Of a DNA stretch of 64,000 nt, positions 30,001-40,339 are shown one piece after another. Below the pieces are notes generated by a model, which saw only the letters and a list, made by a program, of their open reading frames with translations, searched no databases and had not been told where the DNA came from. Position numbers and translations under genes: made by a program. Source of the DNA: Eledone cirrhosa (lineage: Eukaryota); assembly GCA_964016885.1 (NCBI GenBank), contig OZ024740.1, positions 341,744,001 through 341,808,000 of the forward strand. The letters are read 5' to 3'. Every line of letters begins with the position of its first letter. The first letter of the stretch is position 1.

Positions 30001-31140
30001 GTTCTCTATCTTGCCTGTAGTACCCTTCTACTATAACTTGTTTCTGTATCTTGCCTGTAGTCCCCTTCTCCTATAACTTGGTTCTCTATCTTGCCTGTAG
30101 TCCCCTTCTCCTATAACTTGGTTCTCTATCTTGCCTGTAGTCCCCTTCTCCTATAACTTGGTTCTCTATCTTACCTGTAGTACCCTTCTCCTATAACTTG
30201 GTTCTCTATCTTGCCTGTAGTCCCCTTCTCCTATAACTTGGTTCTCTGTCTTGCCTGTAGTCCCCTTCTCCTATAACTTGGTTCTCTATCTTGCCTGTAG
30301 TACCCTTCTCCTATAACTTGGTTCTCTATCTTGCCTGTAGTACCCTTCTCCTATAACTTGGTTCTCTATCTTGCTTGTAGTACCCTTCTCCTATAACTTG
30401 GTTATCTATCTTGCCTGTAGTACCATTCTCCTATAACTTGGTTCTCTATCTTGCCTATAGTACCCCTCTCCTATAACTTGCTTCTCTATCTTTGCCTGTA
30501 GTACCCTTCTCCTATAACTTGGTTCTCTATCTTGCCTGTATTACCCCTCTCCTATAACTTGGTTCTGTATCTTGTCTGTAGTACCCTTCTCCTATAACTT
30601 GGGTCTCTATCTTGCCTGCAGTCCCCTTCTCCCATAACCTGGTTCTCTATCTTGCCTGTAGTACCCTTCTCCTATAACTTGGTTCTCTATCTTGCCTGTA
30701 GTACCCGTCTCCTATAACTTGGTTCTCTATCTTGCCTGTAGTACCCTTCTCCTATAACTTGGTTCTCTATCTTGCTTGTAGTACCCTTCTCCTATAACTT
30801 GGTTCTCTATCTTGCCTGTAGTACCCTTCTCCTATAACTTGGTTCTCTATCTTGCCTGTAGTACCCTTCTCCTATAACTTGCTTCTCTATCTTGCTTGTA
30901 GTACCCTTCTCCTATAACTTGCTTCTCTATCTTGCCTGTAGTCCCCTTCTCCTATAACTTGGTTCTCTATCTTGCCTGTAGTACCCTTCTCCTATAACTT
31001 GGTTCTCTATCTTGCCTGTAGTACCCTTCTCCTATAACATGCTTCTCTATCTTGCCTGTAGTCCCCTTCTCCTATAACTTGGTTCTCTATCTTGCCTGTA
31101 GTCCCCTTCTCCTATAACTTGCTTCTCTATTTTGCCTGTA
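1..31140. repeat. 40-bp tandem satellite, ~780 monomers, consensus TTCTCTATCTTGCCTGTAGT(A/C)CCCTTCTCCTATAACTTGG; open at window start
   Basis: Strict 40-nt periodicity, typically 0-3 substitutions per monomer, rare 1-nt indels, pyrimidine-rich + strand, no ORFs in the track. Confidence 0.99.
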
Positions 31141-33390
31141 TTGCCCTTCTATTTTTGCTGTAATTTCTAGTACACCTATGGACCACCATGAGGTTTCCCC
31201 TGTTTAGCTGATGGAGCTGGTAATAACATCACACCTATGGCCCACCATGGGATTTCTCCTATTTAGCTGTTCTAGCTCACCTAAATGCCACTACGAGGTT
31301 CTCCATTTTTAGCTGATGTAGCTGTTATTTCTAGCACACTTATGGAACGCCACGAGGTTCCACAAGTTTAGCTACTATTTCTAGAACCCCCATGGACCAC
31401 CATGATGTTCACCCTAATTAGCTTCTATTTCTAGCACACCTATATGTCACCATGAGGTTCCTCCTGTTTAGCTCATGTAGCTGCTATTTCTAGCACACTT
31501 ATGGACCACCACGAGGTTCCACAAATTTAGCTACTATTTCTAGAGCCCCTATGGACCACCAATGATGCCTCCACCCCTCCATTCAGCTACTATTTTTAAC
31601 CCACCTTTGGGCCACTGTTTGGTTCCTCTATTTAGCTGCTATTTCTAGCACACATATGGACAACCATGTGGTTTCCTTAATTTAACTGTTATTTCTAGCA
31701 CACCTTTGGACCACCATGAGGTTCCCCCTATTTAGCTGATTTTTCTAGCACACATATGGACCACCATAAGGTTCATCCTATTTACCTGCTATTTCTAGCA
31801 CACATATATACCTATATGATGTGACCCCGATTTAGTTGCTATTTCTAGCACACATATGGACCACCATGAGGTACTTCTGTTTAGTTGCTGTATCTGCTAC
31901 TTCTAGCACACTTAGAGACAAACATGAGGTTTCTTCTATTTAGCTGCTATTTCTAGCACACCATAACACACTATGGACCACCATAAGGTTCCCCCTCTTT
32001 CGCTGCTATTTCTAGCACCCCTATGACCACGCTAGGTTACCCCCCTATTTAGCTGCTATTTCTAGCACACCTATGGACCACCATGAGGTTTCCTTATTTA
32101 GCTGCTATTTCTAGCACACCTGTGGACCACCATTAGGTTCCCTTAATTTAGCTGCTATTTCTAGCATACCTATGGACTACCATGAGATTCCCCTTATTTA
32201 GCTGCTATTTCTAGCACATCTGTGGACGACCATGAGGCTCCCCCTATGTAGCTGCTTTCTCTATCACATCTATGGACCAGATTTCTAGCACACCTATGGA
32301 TCACCAATGATGTCCCCCTATTTCGCTGCTATTTCTAGCACACCATTTGAGCACCATGAGGTTCCTCCTGTTTAGCTGATGTAGCTGTTATTTCTAGCGC
32401 ACAAATAGTCCACCATGAGGTCCCCTATTTAGCTGCTATTTCTAGCACACCCATGGTCCACTTTAAAGTTTCCCCTGTTTAGCTGATGTAGCTGCTATTT
32501 ATAGCACACCTATGAATAACCACGAGGTTCCCCTTATTCAGCTGCTATTAGCTGATGTAGGTGCTATTTCTAGCACACCAAAATGAGGTACCCCTGTTTA
32601 GCTGATGTAGCTGCTACTTCTAGCACACTTAGAGACAAAGATGAGGTTTCCCCTATTTAGCTGATATTTCCAGCACACCTATGGATCACCATAACGTTCC
32701 CCCTATTTAGCTGCTATTTCTAACACACCTTTGGACCATAATAAAATTTGCCCTATTTAGCTGCTATTCTAGCACTCCTATGGACCACCATAATGTTCAC
32801 CCTATTTAACTGCTATTTCTAGCACACTTATGGACCTCCATGAGCTTCTCCCATTTTGCAGCTATTTCTAGCCCACCTATGGACTACCATGGGATTCCCT
32901 TTATTTAGCTTCTACTTCTAGCACACCTTTGGACCACCATGATTTTCCTCCCTATTTAGCTACTATTTCTAGCACACATATAGGCCACCATGAGGTTTTC
33001 CCTATTTAGCTTCTTTTTCTAGGACACCTTTGGTCCACCATGAGGTACCCCCTATTTCGCTGCTATTTCTAGCACACCTGTGAACCACCATGAGGTTTCC
33101 TTTATTAAGCTTTCATTTCTAGCATACTTATGGACCACCATGATGTTCCCCTATTTGGCAGCTATTTCTAGCTCTTTTTGCACCACTGTTGTGTTCCTCT
33201 GTTTAGTTGCCATTTCTGGCACCCCTTTAGACCATTATGAGGTTCCCCCTCTTTCGCTGCTATTTCTAGCACACATGTGGACGACCATGAGGTTTTCCCC
33301 TATTTAGCTGCTTTCTCTAGCACACCTATGGACCACCATGAATTCTCCCTATTTAGCTTCTATTTCTGCACACCTATGGACCGCCATGAG
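31141..33390. repeat. Diverged ~49-50-bp minisatellite, ~40-45 units, consensus ~TATTTAGCTGCTATTTCTAGCACACCTATGGACCACCATGAGGTTCCCC, some units with an extra GCTGATGTA
   Basis: Recurring tatttagctgctatttctagcacac and ggaccaccatgagg; unit starts at 32046 and 32095 are 49 bp apart; much more diverged than the 40-mer array. Confidence 0.95.
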
Positions 33391-35493
33391 TGGGTGTTTC
33401 TACTGCGGCAGTTGGACTGCTGCCTGTTGCGCATGCTATTCTTATTAGTCCTATGTGTTAACCTACTCCCTGAGGGGTCGACCTGAGTTACCCTAAGCTT
33501 GCTGGTAGGTGTTGGTAAAATACCGTCTCCATTGTTATGCCTGTATGTGGGAAATTTTTCTAGTAAGTTATTTATAGTTACATTGTCTGAATTAGTTTAG
33601 GGATCTACCTGCCTATTACCGTTTTAGGGATCTACCTGCCTATTACCATTGCTGTTATGATATTGCCCTAGGCCAGTCGCAATACTGGTTCAACTCCCAT
33701 ATTTCTTATTAACAAGCTCGCTGCCGCAGTGGTTATTGGTGCGCCTTGCCATTATACTAGTCCTATGGGAGGGGGACCTAGTAGAACTAGTGTCCTGTAT
33801 GTAAGAAATCCTATTGTTATACCCCAATTCGGCCAGTGGTTTGTTGTAGTAATCAGCAGTATGGTCGAAAAGGTTGGCTGATATCCTCGAGATTCTGTGG
33901 GAGATGCTACTAACTACAGAGTTGGGATGGTTAGATGATTTGTTAATGTAAGATAGGACCTTGCTTGGCTTGTGGTACAGTCTGTATAGGCCAGTATCTA
34001 ACTCTCTAATGTTACATCTAGGAAGTTAACTACCTTATGGTTATGGTCTATTGTAACTGAGAGGCCGTACATTTTAAAGAACTTATGGATATGCTTATTG
34101 AGGTTTTCTATTCTACAGGGGTTGTGATTCCTTACAGTAAATAGGGCGTCGTCCCTATATACACCTCCCTGTAGTGCAGGGGATCTCTTCCCTGAGCTTA
34201 TGCAGGAGGTATATTCCAACCAGGCCGGTTACCTGTGCAGAGTCACTCGACCCCATCATGATATTGAAATTATTAGAACGGTTGGCTCGGGTCCAATATG
34301 AGACTTCAAAGTGTATGATGGTTCGTCTAGCTGCTAGTACTATGTCTATTTCTTTTTTAGTTAAACTAGTATTAGACCTAGCTAATATGAGGGCCTTGTT
34401 TAGAAGTATAGAGGAGATAGAGGCGTGATAATTATCTATGTCAAATGGAATCAATTTTAATTAATCCTTATCTCGTATATTTGTGAACCATTTGACGACC
34501 TAGTCGGTATTATTCCAAAGAAGAACCTTAGTCTTATTTTTTAGCACAGGTATTATTCTATCGAGGATCACTTTGCTAATTCTACTTATATCAGAGGTGG
34601 AGGGCCATATTAATCTAACAGAGGGGTTTTCATTAAAGTTACATTTGTGATCCTTAAGAGAGAATTTCGGTGTCATAGGTTTGTATGGGTCTGTGTATTT
34701 ATCAATATCTAAGCTAGTTACTATGCTCTTACCTAATCTATTTATGTTGTTGAGTGTGCTACTAGGTGTCTTTTTGTAATTCTTGTTGAGCTCATTTGAG
34801 ATGAATTACCTATATCTACTTATATCTAACTTATACAGGTCTTTGGTTTTGTCGGAGGCTACAAATAATTGTTTATCATTCCTACTTTTAGTGATGAGGG
34901 AGTCCAGAGAGTTCAGGAAAACGTTGGTGCACTTGTATCTTTTCTTAAATTTGACATTCTTGATCATATTCAGCAGGTCTTCCTCAAAGGCGTCCAACAG
35001 GGTGTTATGTGGTGGGTTCTTGTGGGTCTTAAATCCATACCTATCTTTAGGCATTGGTTGCTTAACTGCATCCTTGTCCAAATGTTAGGCCTTCCATCTG
35101 ACCCTACGTATAAACAAATTAGTCGCTGCAATAAGTTGTTTGAGGTAGGTTTTTCTGCTTGGTAATGGTATAGACTTGAGAGACATCGGTAACAGTTGCT
35201 TCTCCAGCATGCTGGCAAGTAGCGTGTTGAGTTCAACTATAAGGAGCATGATAATAATAGTGTATAAGTATCATAGGAGAGGAGGAGATAGAGAGATACA
35301 GAGAAGTGCGATACAGATTACTAAATGCCAATAGCCGAGGTGGAGTGTGCTTAATGCTTGGGTTAGCAGAGTTAAATATTAGAGAATATTTAATATTTAG
35401 TATATCGTTCAAGCAGAGCAGGAATAAGCAAATGAATGAATGAAGGAGTTGCAAGTCGTTAAAACAAGTTTTTTATATAACTGTTACACATGT
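33391..35493 (-). mobile_element. Penelope-like element (PLE): partial 5' pLTR plus N-terminal/RT/thumb region, pseudogenised, 3'-truncated at the minisatellite
   Basis: - strand peptides SLKSIPLPSRKTYLKQLIAATNLFIRRVRWKA*, YGFKTHKNPP, ASDKTKDLY, FDIDNY, MGSSDSAQVTGLVGIYLL, GVYRDDAL, VNFLDVTL match PLE RT motifs; stops and frameshifts present. Confidence 0.88.
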
Positions 35494-36635
35494 CGCAAAA
35501 CTATATCTGTAATAAAGCCAACGGCAACAATGACAACAACGGTGATGGTGGTAATGATAGTAGTAATGATAGCAGCGGACCTCACCACATTAGAAATAGC
35601 AACAAAAAGAATTGCAATTGCCGAAACCCCAACAACTGTCTGCTCCAGGGCCACTGCTTGATTAGAAACGTAATCTACAAATGCACCATGATGAGTAAAA
35701 ATAGTACTAGGCCTTACATAGGTGCACTTCTAATGAGTTCAAGACTAGATTTAGATCACATCTCCACTCCTTTAGAAATAAGAAACTCAGGTTCTCTACC
35801 TCCCTCGCTAATTATATTACACTATTAATTGAATCTAACATTAGCTACACCACACAATGGGAAATAGTAGATCAAGCAACGCCATACAACTTTAGGAAAA
35901 ATTGCCAGCTGTGCCTAATGGAAACATACTATATAGTAAGCTCAGCCCATGAACTCATTAATAGTTGGGCTGAAACAGTCATAAATTGCAACCACAGACA
36001 ACACTCGTTCTACAATTGGTCTCTTGAACAATAATAACATCCTATCCTCGCAGCTGTCTACATCGCACCACCATTTAGTCCATCTGCAACAAGTAGGCCT
36101 AAGTACAGTGTTTAATGACGTTATTAAGCAGCCACCCGATTTTTACCTAGGCACTGCCCATCACCTACTGAGTTAGGCTCACCCTGTTAAACCACCCCTT
36201 TAGTTGGGATAAACTAAAATAATTTTTTAGAGTAACTTACTGCCTAACATCGTGCAGTTACCTCCCCTAGTGGATTATGCCCCTTTCACCGGCTCCATTG
36301 TTGTTATTTTTTCGCCTAGACGTTAACCTGAGGAAATGATTTATAATTATTGATGACATTACATAATCAATTATTTCTCTGAGGAGTCCGTGTGGGCGAA
36401 ACATGTGTAACAGTTATATAAGGAAGTTGTTTTAACGGCTTGTAACTCCTTCATTCATTTGCTTATTCCTGTTCTGCATGAACAATATACTAAATGTTAA
36501 ATCTTCTCTAATATTTAACTCTGCTAACCCAAACATTGAGCACACTCCACCTCGGTTATTGGCATTTAGTAATCTGTATCACACTTCTCTGTATTCTCTG
36601 TTTCCTCCTCTCCTACGATACTTATACCCTATTAT
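35490..36635 (+). mobile_element. PLE 3' part in opposite orientation: Cys-rich linker, GIY-YIG endonuclease and pLTR
   Basis: CNCRNPNNCLLQGHC, NVIYKC...PYIGA (GIY-YIG), then after frameshifts EFKTRFRSHLHSFRN and WEIVDQATPY...CQLCLMETYYI; 36401-36635 is an inverted copy of 35254-35493. Confidence 0.88.
36374..36413 (+). ncRNA. Minimal type-I hammerhead ribozyme motif in the PLE pLTR
   Basis: CTGAGGA (36379-85), stem II GTCC-gtgt-GGGC, GAAAC, palindromic ACATGT, GTA triplet (36407-09); stem I pairs poorly, so it may be inactive. Confidence 0.65.
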
Positions 36636-36691
36636 ACATATACACACATACACACATATATGTAAATATATTTCATTCTTACTTCCCTTAG

Positions 36692-36878
36692 CTATGTGTT
36701 AATGGACAGAAAGCTATCATAGGTGTCTCCCTTAATAATGGTATGTGGCAACATCTGGCTGTAACCTGGACTAGTACAAAAGGAAAATGGCAGCTTTATT
36801 TGAATGGTACAAAAATTGCTGATGGAAAAGGACTTGCTACAGGAACCAGTCTGCCCCGAGGAGGAAACTTGTTTATTG
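36692..36878 (+). CDS. Host gene exon (first in window): middle of pentraxin/LamG domain
   Basis: cccttag acceptor; LCVNGQKAIIGVSLNNGMWQHLAVTWTSTKGKWQLYLNG...GGNLFIG resembles SVEP1-type pentraxin strands; donor G|gtaaat, phase 1. Confidence 0.93.
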
Positions 36879-37004
36879 GTAAATTTTTATTTGAAACTTC
36901 TAACATATTCTTTCATAAATTAACTATTCTTTCTATAAATTAACTAGTTCCATATATACTCAAATATAATCCGATCCAAATAGAAGCTGACTCTTATTTT
37001 ATGT

Positions 37005-37300
37005 CTGACATGTATACTGTGACATGTATTGGAAATGTGACGTGTGACATGAGATACATTGGAAATATAACCTGATGTGACATGAAGTGACATGAGATAT
37101 ATTGGAAATGTGACATGCTGCAACATGAGATGTATTAGAAATGTGACATGTGACATAAGATGTATTGGAAATGTGATGTGCTACTGAATAACAGTGACCT
37201 GTGACGTGAGACGTATTGTAACTAGATAACTGTGACATGTTGTGACATTAGTTATATTGGAATTGAATAACAGCGACATGTGACATGAATTGTATTGTAA
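37005..37300. repeat. Degenerate minisatellite (~GTGACATGAGATGTATTGGAAAT units) in a short intron
   Basis: Repeated gtgacatg and tattggaaat motifs. Confidence 0.75.
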
Positions 37301-37332
37301 CTGAATAAAGAAAATCTATTGTTTATTTTTAG

Positions 37333-37557
37333 GTCAAGATGCCAATGTGCTGTATGGGGCAGCGAACAAGTTTGAATCTTATGTAGGGGAGATAACTCAG
37401 ATGAACGTCTACAACCAAGTTCTGAGCAACTCCCAGTTGAAAGAAATTGCCAATCAAGTGGCATGTAACCAAACGCTTGGTAATGTGTTAACCTGGAGTG
37501 AACTTGCAATTAATGTAAAAGGAAATGTTATGATCAGAAAGAAATCTTTGTGTCTTG
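37333..37557 (+). CDS. Host exon: C-terminus of pentraxin domain
   Basis: ttttag|GTCAAGAT; GQDANVLYGAANKFESYVGEITQMNVYNQVLS...GNVLTW...SLCL; donor G|gtgaga, phase 1. Confidence 0.94.
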
Positions 37558-37717
37558 GTGAGAAAGAATTAACTATCTATTCTTTATTAATTCCATGCGT
37601 CCCGAAATTTGCCAACACTACATCTGATATTCCCCCTCCATACACACGCACTTGTGTCTGTATGTATATCATAGCTCATATACTGTTCACTTTCCTAACA
37701 TTTGTACATTATTCTAT

Positions 37718-37793
37718 GTACTATACATGCACCTTTGATGAGTTATAGTGCATCTGAGCACTCTACACAATAATTTTCATTATATTCATTATT
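37718..37793 (+). repeat. Dispersed retroelement 3'-end fragment with (ATT)n-like tail; second copy at ~63146-63222
   Basis: tactatacatgcacctttga(t/c)gagtt(a/g)tagtgca(t/c)ctgagcact is shared by both loci. Confidence 0.6.
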
Positions 37794-37923
37794 AATGTTG
37801 TTATTTTTAATTAAGATTATTACAGATGTTAAAACGACGACAGCAATGATGATGATATCTAATGTGAACATAAAATGATACACTGTTGTGCTTATGAATG
37901 AGTGTTATAAAACTAATATTGTA

Positions 37924-37999
37924 CAGGTGCGGCAAAAATACCTCCCACATTTTAAGGGTTGAACGTGTAAATCATGGAAAGATTTTCTGCTGCACCCTG
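37924..37999. mobile_element. Tiny Tc1/mariner-type MITE
   Basis: TA-CAGGTGCGGCAAAAA...TTTTCTGCTGCACCCTG-TA: imperfect TIRs with TA on both sides. Confidence 0.65.
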
Positions 38000-38509
38000 T
38001 ATAATAATCAGGTTATAAAACAATATTATACATTTGTTAAGTTATTACTAACATATCCAATGCATGGATGAATTAGCAGTTTAAGACTCGGGTATTTGTT
38101 CTAGCTCTCTCTCTCTGCACACTGAATTCCAATTCTGCCAAAGTCAGCTTTACTTTTATCCCTTCGAAGTTGGTAAAGTACAGCACCAGTCTAGGGTGGT
38201 CAATTGGACTAGATGCTATGTAGTGTCTTTGTCATGGCTTTTTGTGCACTATGTTCAAATGCTACTGTAGCTTTACTTGAGTGGTAAATTTAACAACTCC
38301 ACCTGACCCTGGAGATATGTTAGTGGAGTTTACGGTGATGAAAGGATTCAGGCCAGGTCTCTGATTTGAGAATACCTACCTCACATCTCCAAAAGTCTTG
38401 AAGACCCTGGAAAGAGCCATAGGCACTTCCCTTCCATACATCCCTGACTAAACAGTAAAATAATGATACTAATAACATCAACAACAGCAACAATAATAAT
38501 AATAATAAT

Positions 38510-38582
38510 AATTGTTTCTACTTTAGGCACAAGGCCAGCAATTACCCAGTGCATTACTGGTACTTTATTTTATCGACCCCGT
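38510..38582 (-). mobile_element. 3' half of a tRNA-derived SINE interrupted by the LINE block (5' half at 45871-45962)
   Basis: Near-identical to the start of the intact copy (45984-~46056); homology stops at accccgt and resumes at 45871. Confidence 0.88.
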
Positions 38583-38590
38583 CGATAAAA

Positions 38591-39920
38591 TTAATAATAA
38601 TAATAATGCTTTCTTTATTAACCACAAGGGTTTACACAAAGTAGACATTAAGGACAGTACAGGATAACACAGGATGGTACAAATGGGCATATCTGCGTGT
38701 AAAAAAACCCAAAAAACAGAGGATGTAATAAAAGAACAATGAAAAATTCCCCAATAGGGGGGAGACCTCCAAGGGCCATCGTGGAGAAAGCCCATTAAAA
38801 AAAGTCATGGTGACCCTGACCACCAGGGCAAGTGTCCTCTCCCAGTTTTCCACCTTCAATTTACAGGCATATACTCACTCAGGCCATTCTTGCCTCTCTC
38901 ACCCATCTTTCAACAAAAAGCTGGGAAGAGAGCACCTCCCTCTCTACTCTGATTTTCCTTTTCAAATGAAATTAGAAAAAGTTAATCAGGGCATTACCGA
39001 AAAGGTAAGTGCTCTTCTTCAGCCCTTTCAAACGTGTCCACCATACTATCTCTTTCGCCATGGCCACCAGACAGATAAAAACTGCCTGCCCTTCCCGGCT
39101 AAAGGAAGAGGGCGAGGCAATCCTCACGATGGACTCAACTGATAGTTGGATCCGTTCTACACGTGACAGCAGGTGTTCGACATAAACCCACAAGTCAGCA
39201 ATGCTTGGACACTGGATGAGTCCATGCAGGACAGTTTCGTCGCCCGGCTGATGGTACCTCCATATATGTAGAGTTTATTCCTAACTGGCAAAGCTCCTCG
39301 GTAGCACTGCCAGGCCAGGGATTTCTGGAAGTTGTCCATAGGCCCCGGCCCGAAAGTTCTTCCAAAGAGATTGGCTAGTTGATTTTCGTTGACGCCTAGA
39401 GTTTCCCCAAGTACGTCGTCGCTCTTCCCCTCCACTAATCCTCTATAGAACGCCAAGGTGGAGTTTCCACCGATCACATTGCCCGATTGGTCGAGGGCTG
39501 TGAGCGCCTGAAGACATTCCAGTCTCCAAGCACTCCCTCTCAGTCTTCGTTTGACCCAGGACTGCAGCTCCGTCAAGGAGACAAGCTGGGGAAAGACGCA
39601 TCTAGCAAACGGCGACCACACCTGATCACCGTCGAAGAAGAGGTGGAGATGTCATAGCCTGAGCGCGTGTCTGCGCATCATCAGCCACAGCATGCCCAGC
39701 CCTCCATGTAGCGGCTGTTGACAGCAGATGGACCGCCTGACCATTGGAGCGCGTCCCTTCCACAAAAAGCGAAAGAGCAAACGCTCCAGCGCAGTCAGGC
39801 GAGGCTTAGGACAAGGCACGATGGTCAGGCGGTAGTAGATGACGGATGCGATGTATGTGTTAGCCACCTTCGCTCGACCTTTCAGGGATAGCTACCTCTC
39901 CGCCCATTTCTGGGTGAGAG
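38591..39920 (-). mobile_element. Tx1/L1-clade LINE, 5'-truncated copy A (ORF2 C-terminus, 3' UTR, AATAAA, (ATT)n tail)
   Basis: ANTYIASVIYYRLTIVPCP...FRFLWKG...GGLGM and LAWQCYRGALPVR; - strand ends ggttAATAAAgaaagc(att)n; paralogous to 40300-41350. Confidence 0.88.
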
Positions 39921-40090
39921 TGGTACAAATGGGCATTTCTGCGTGTAAAAAACAAAAAAAAACAGAGAATGTAAAAAAAAGAAACAATGAAAAATTCCCC
40001 AATAGGGGGAGACTTCCGAGGGGTATTCGTGGAGAAAGCCCATTAAAAAAAAGCCACGGTGACCCTGACCACCAGGGCAAGTGCCCTTAT
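39921..40090 (-). mobile_element. Extra 3'-UTR fragment of the same Tx1-like family
   Basis: Near-copy of 38675-38835 (tggtacaaatgggcat...gtgaccctgaccaccagggcaagtg). Confidence 0.85.
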
Positions 40091-40339
40091 TGGCCATAAG
40101 GGCTGACATGAAGAAAAACATTACAGATGGCCCAGAACGGTACAGGACGATACAAAGTGGGTTTTGGTTGTGTAAACAAGTTATAACAAGATAGAAATCG
40201 GGATAGAAATCAAAAAAATTCAAACAACAAAAATTCCCCAAAAAGTGAGGAAACCTCCGAGGGTCACTCGTGTCGAAAACCACACAAAAGACCACGGCCA
40301 CTCTGACCACCAAGGCAAGCGCCCTCTCTCAGTTTTCCC

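Noticed and set aside
1-31140. Coding tandem repeat, or Alu origin (- strand GGGACTACAGGC matches an Alu 12-mer)
   Set aside because: The 40-nt period cycles through frames and hits stops on both strands; the Alu match is short with no other Alu sequence
1-33390. CRISPR-like array
   Set aside because: Monomers are contiguous with no unique spacers, there are no cas genes, and the context is eukaryotic
31141-33390. MS2-operator-like hairpins (GG-ACCA-CC loop) or a synthetic array
   Set aside because: The required 5' bulged A is missing and the units are naturally diverged; the resemblance is coincidental
33391-35250. Selenoprotein-type (Naiad) PLE with recoded stops
   Set aside because: The EN appears to be C-terminal, and the interruptions include TAA stops and frameshifts, consistent with decay
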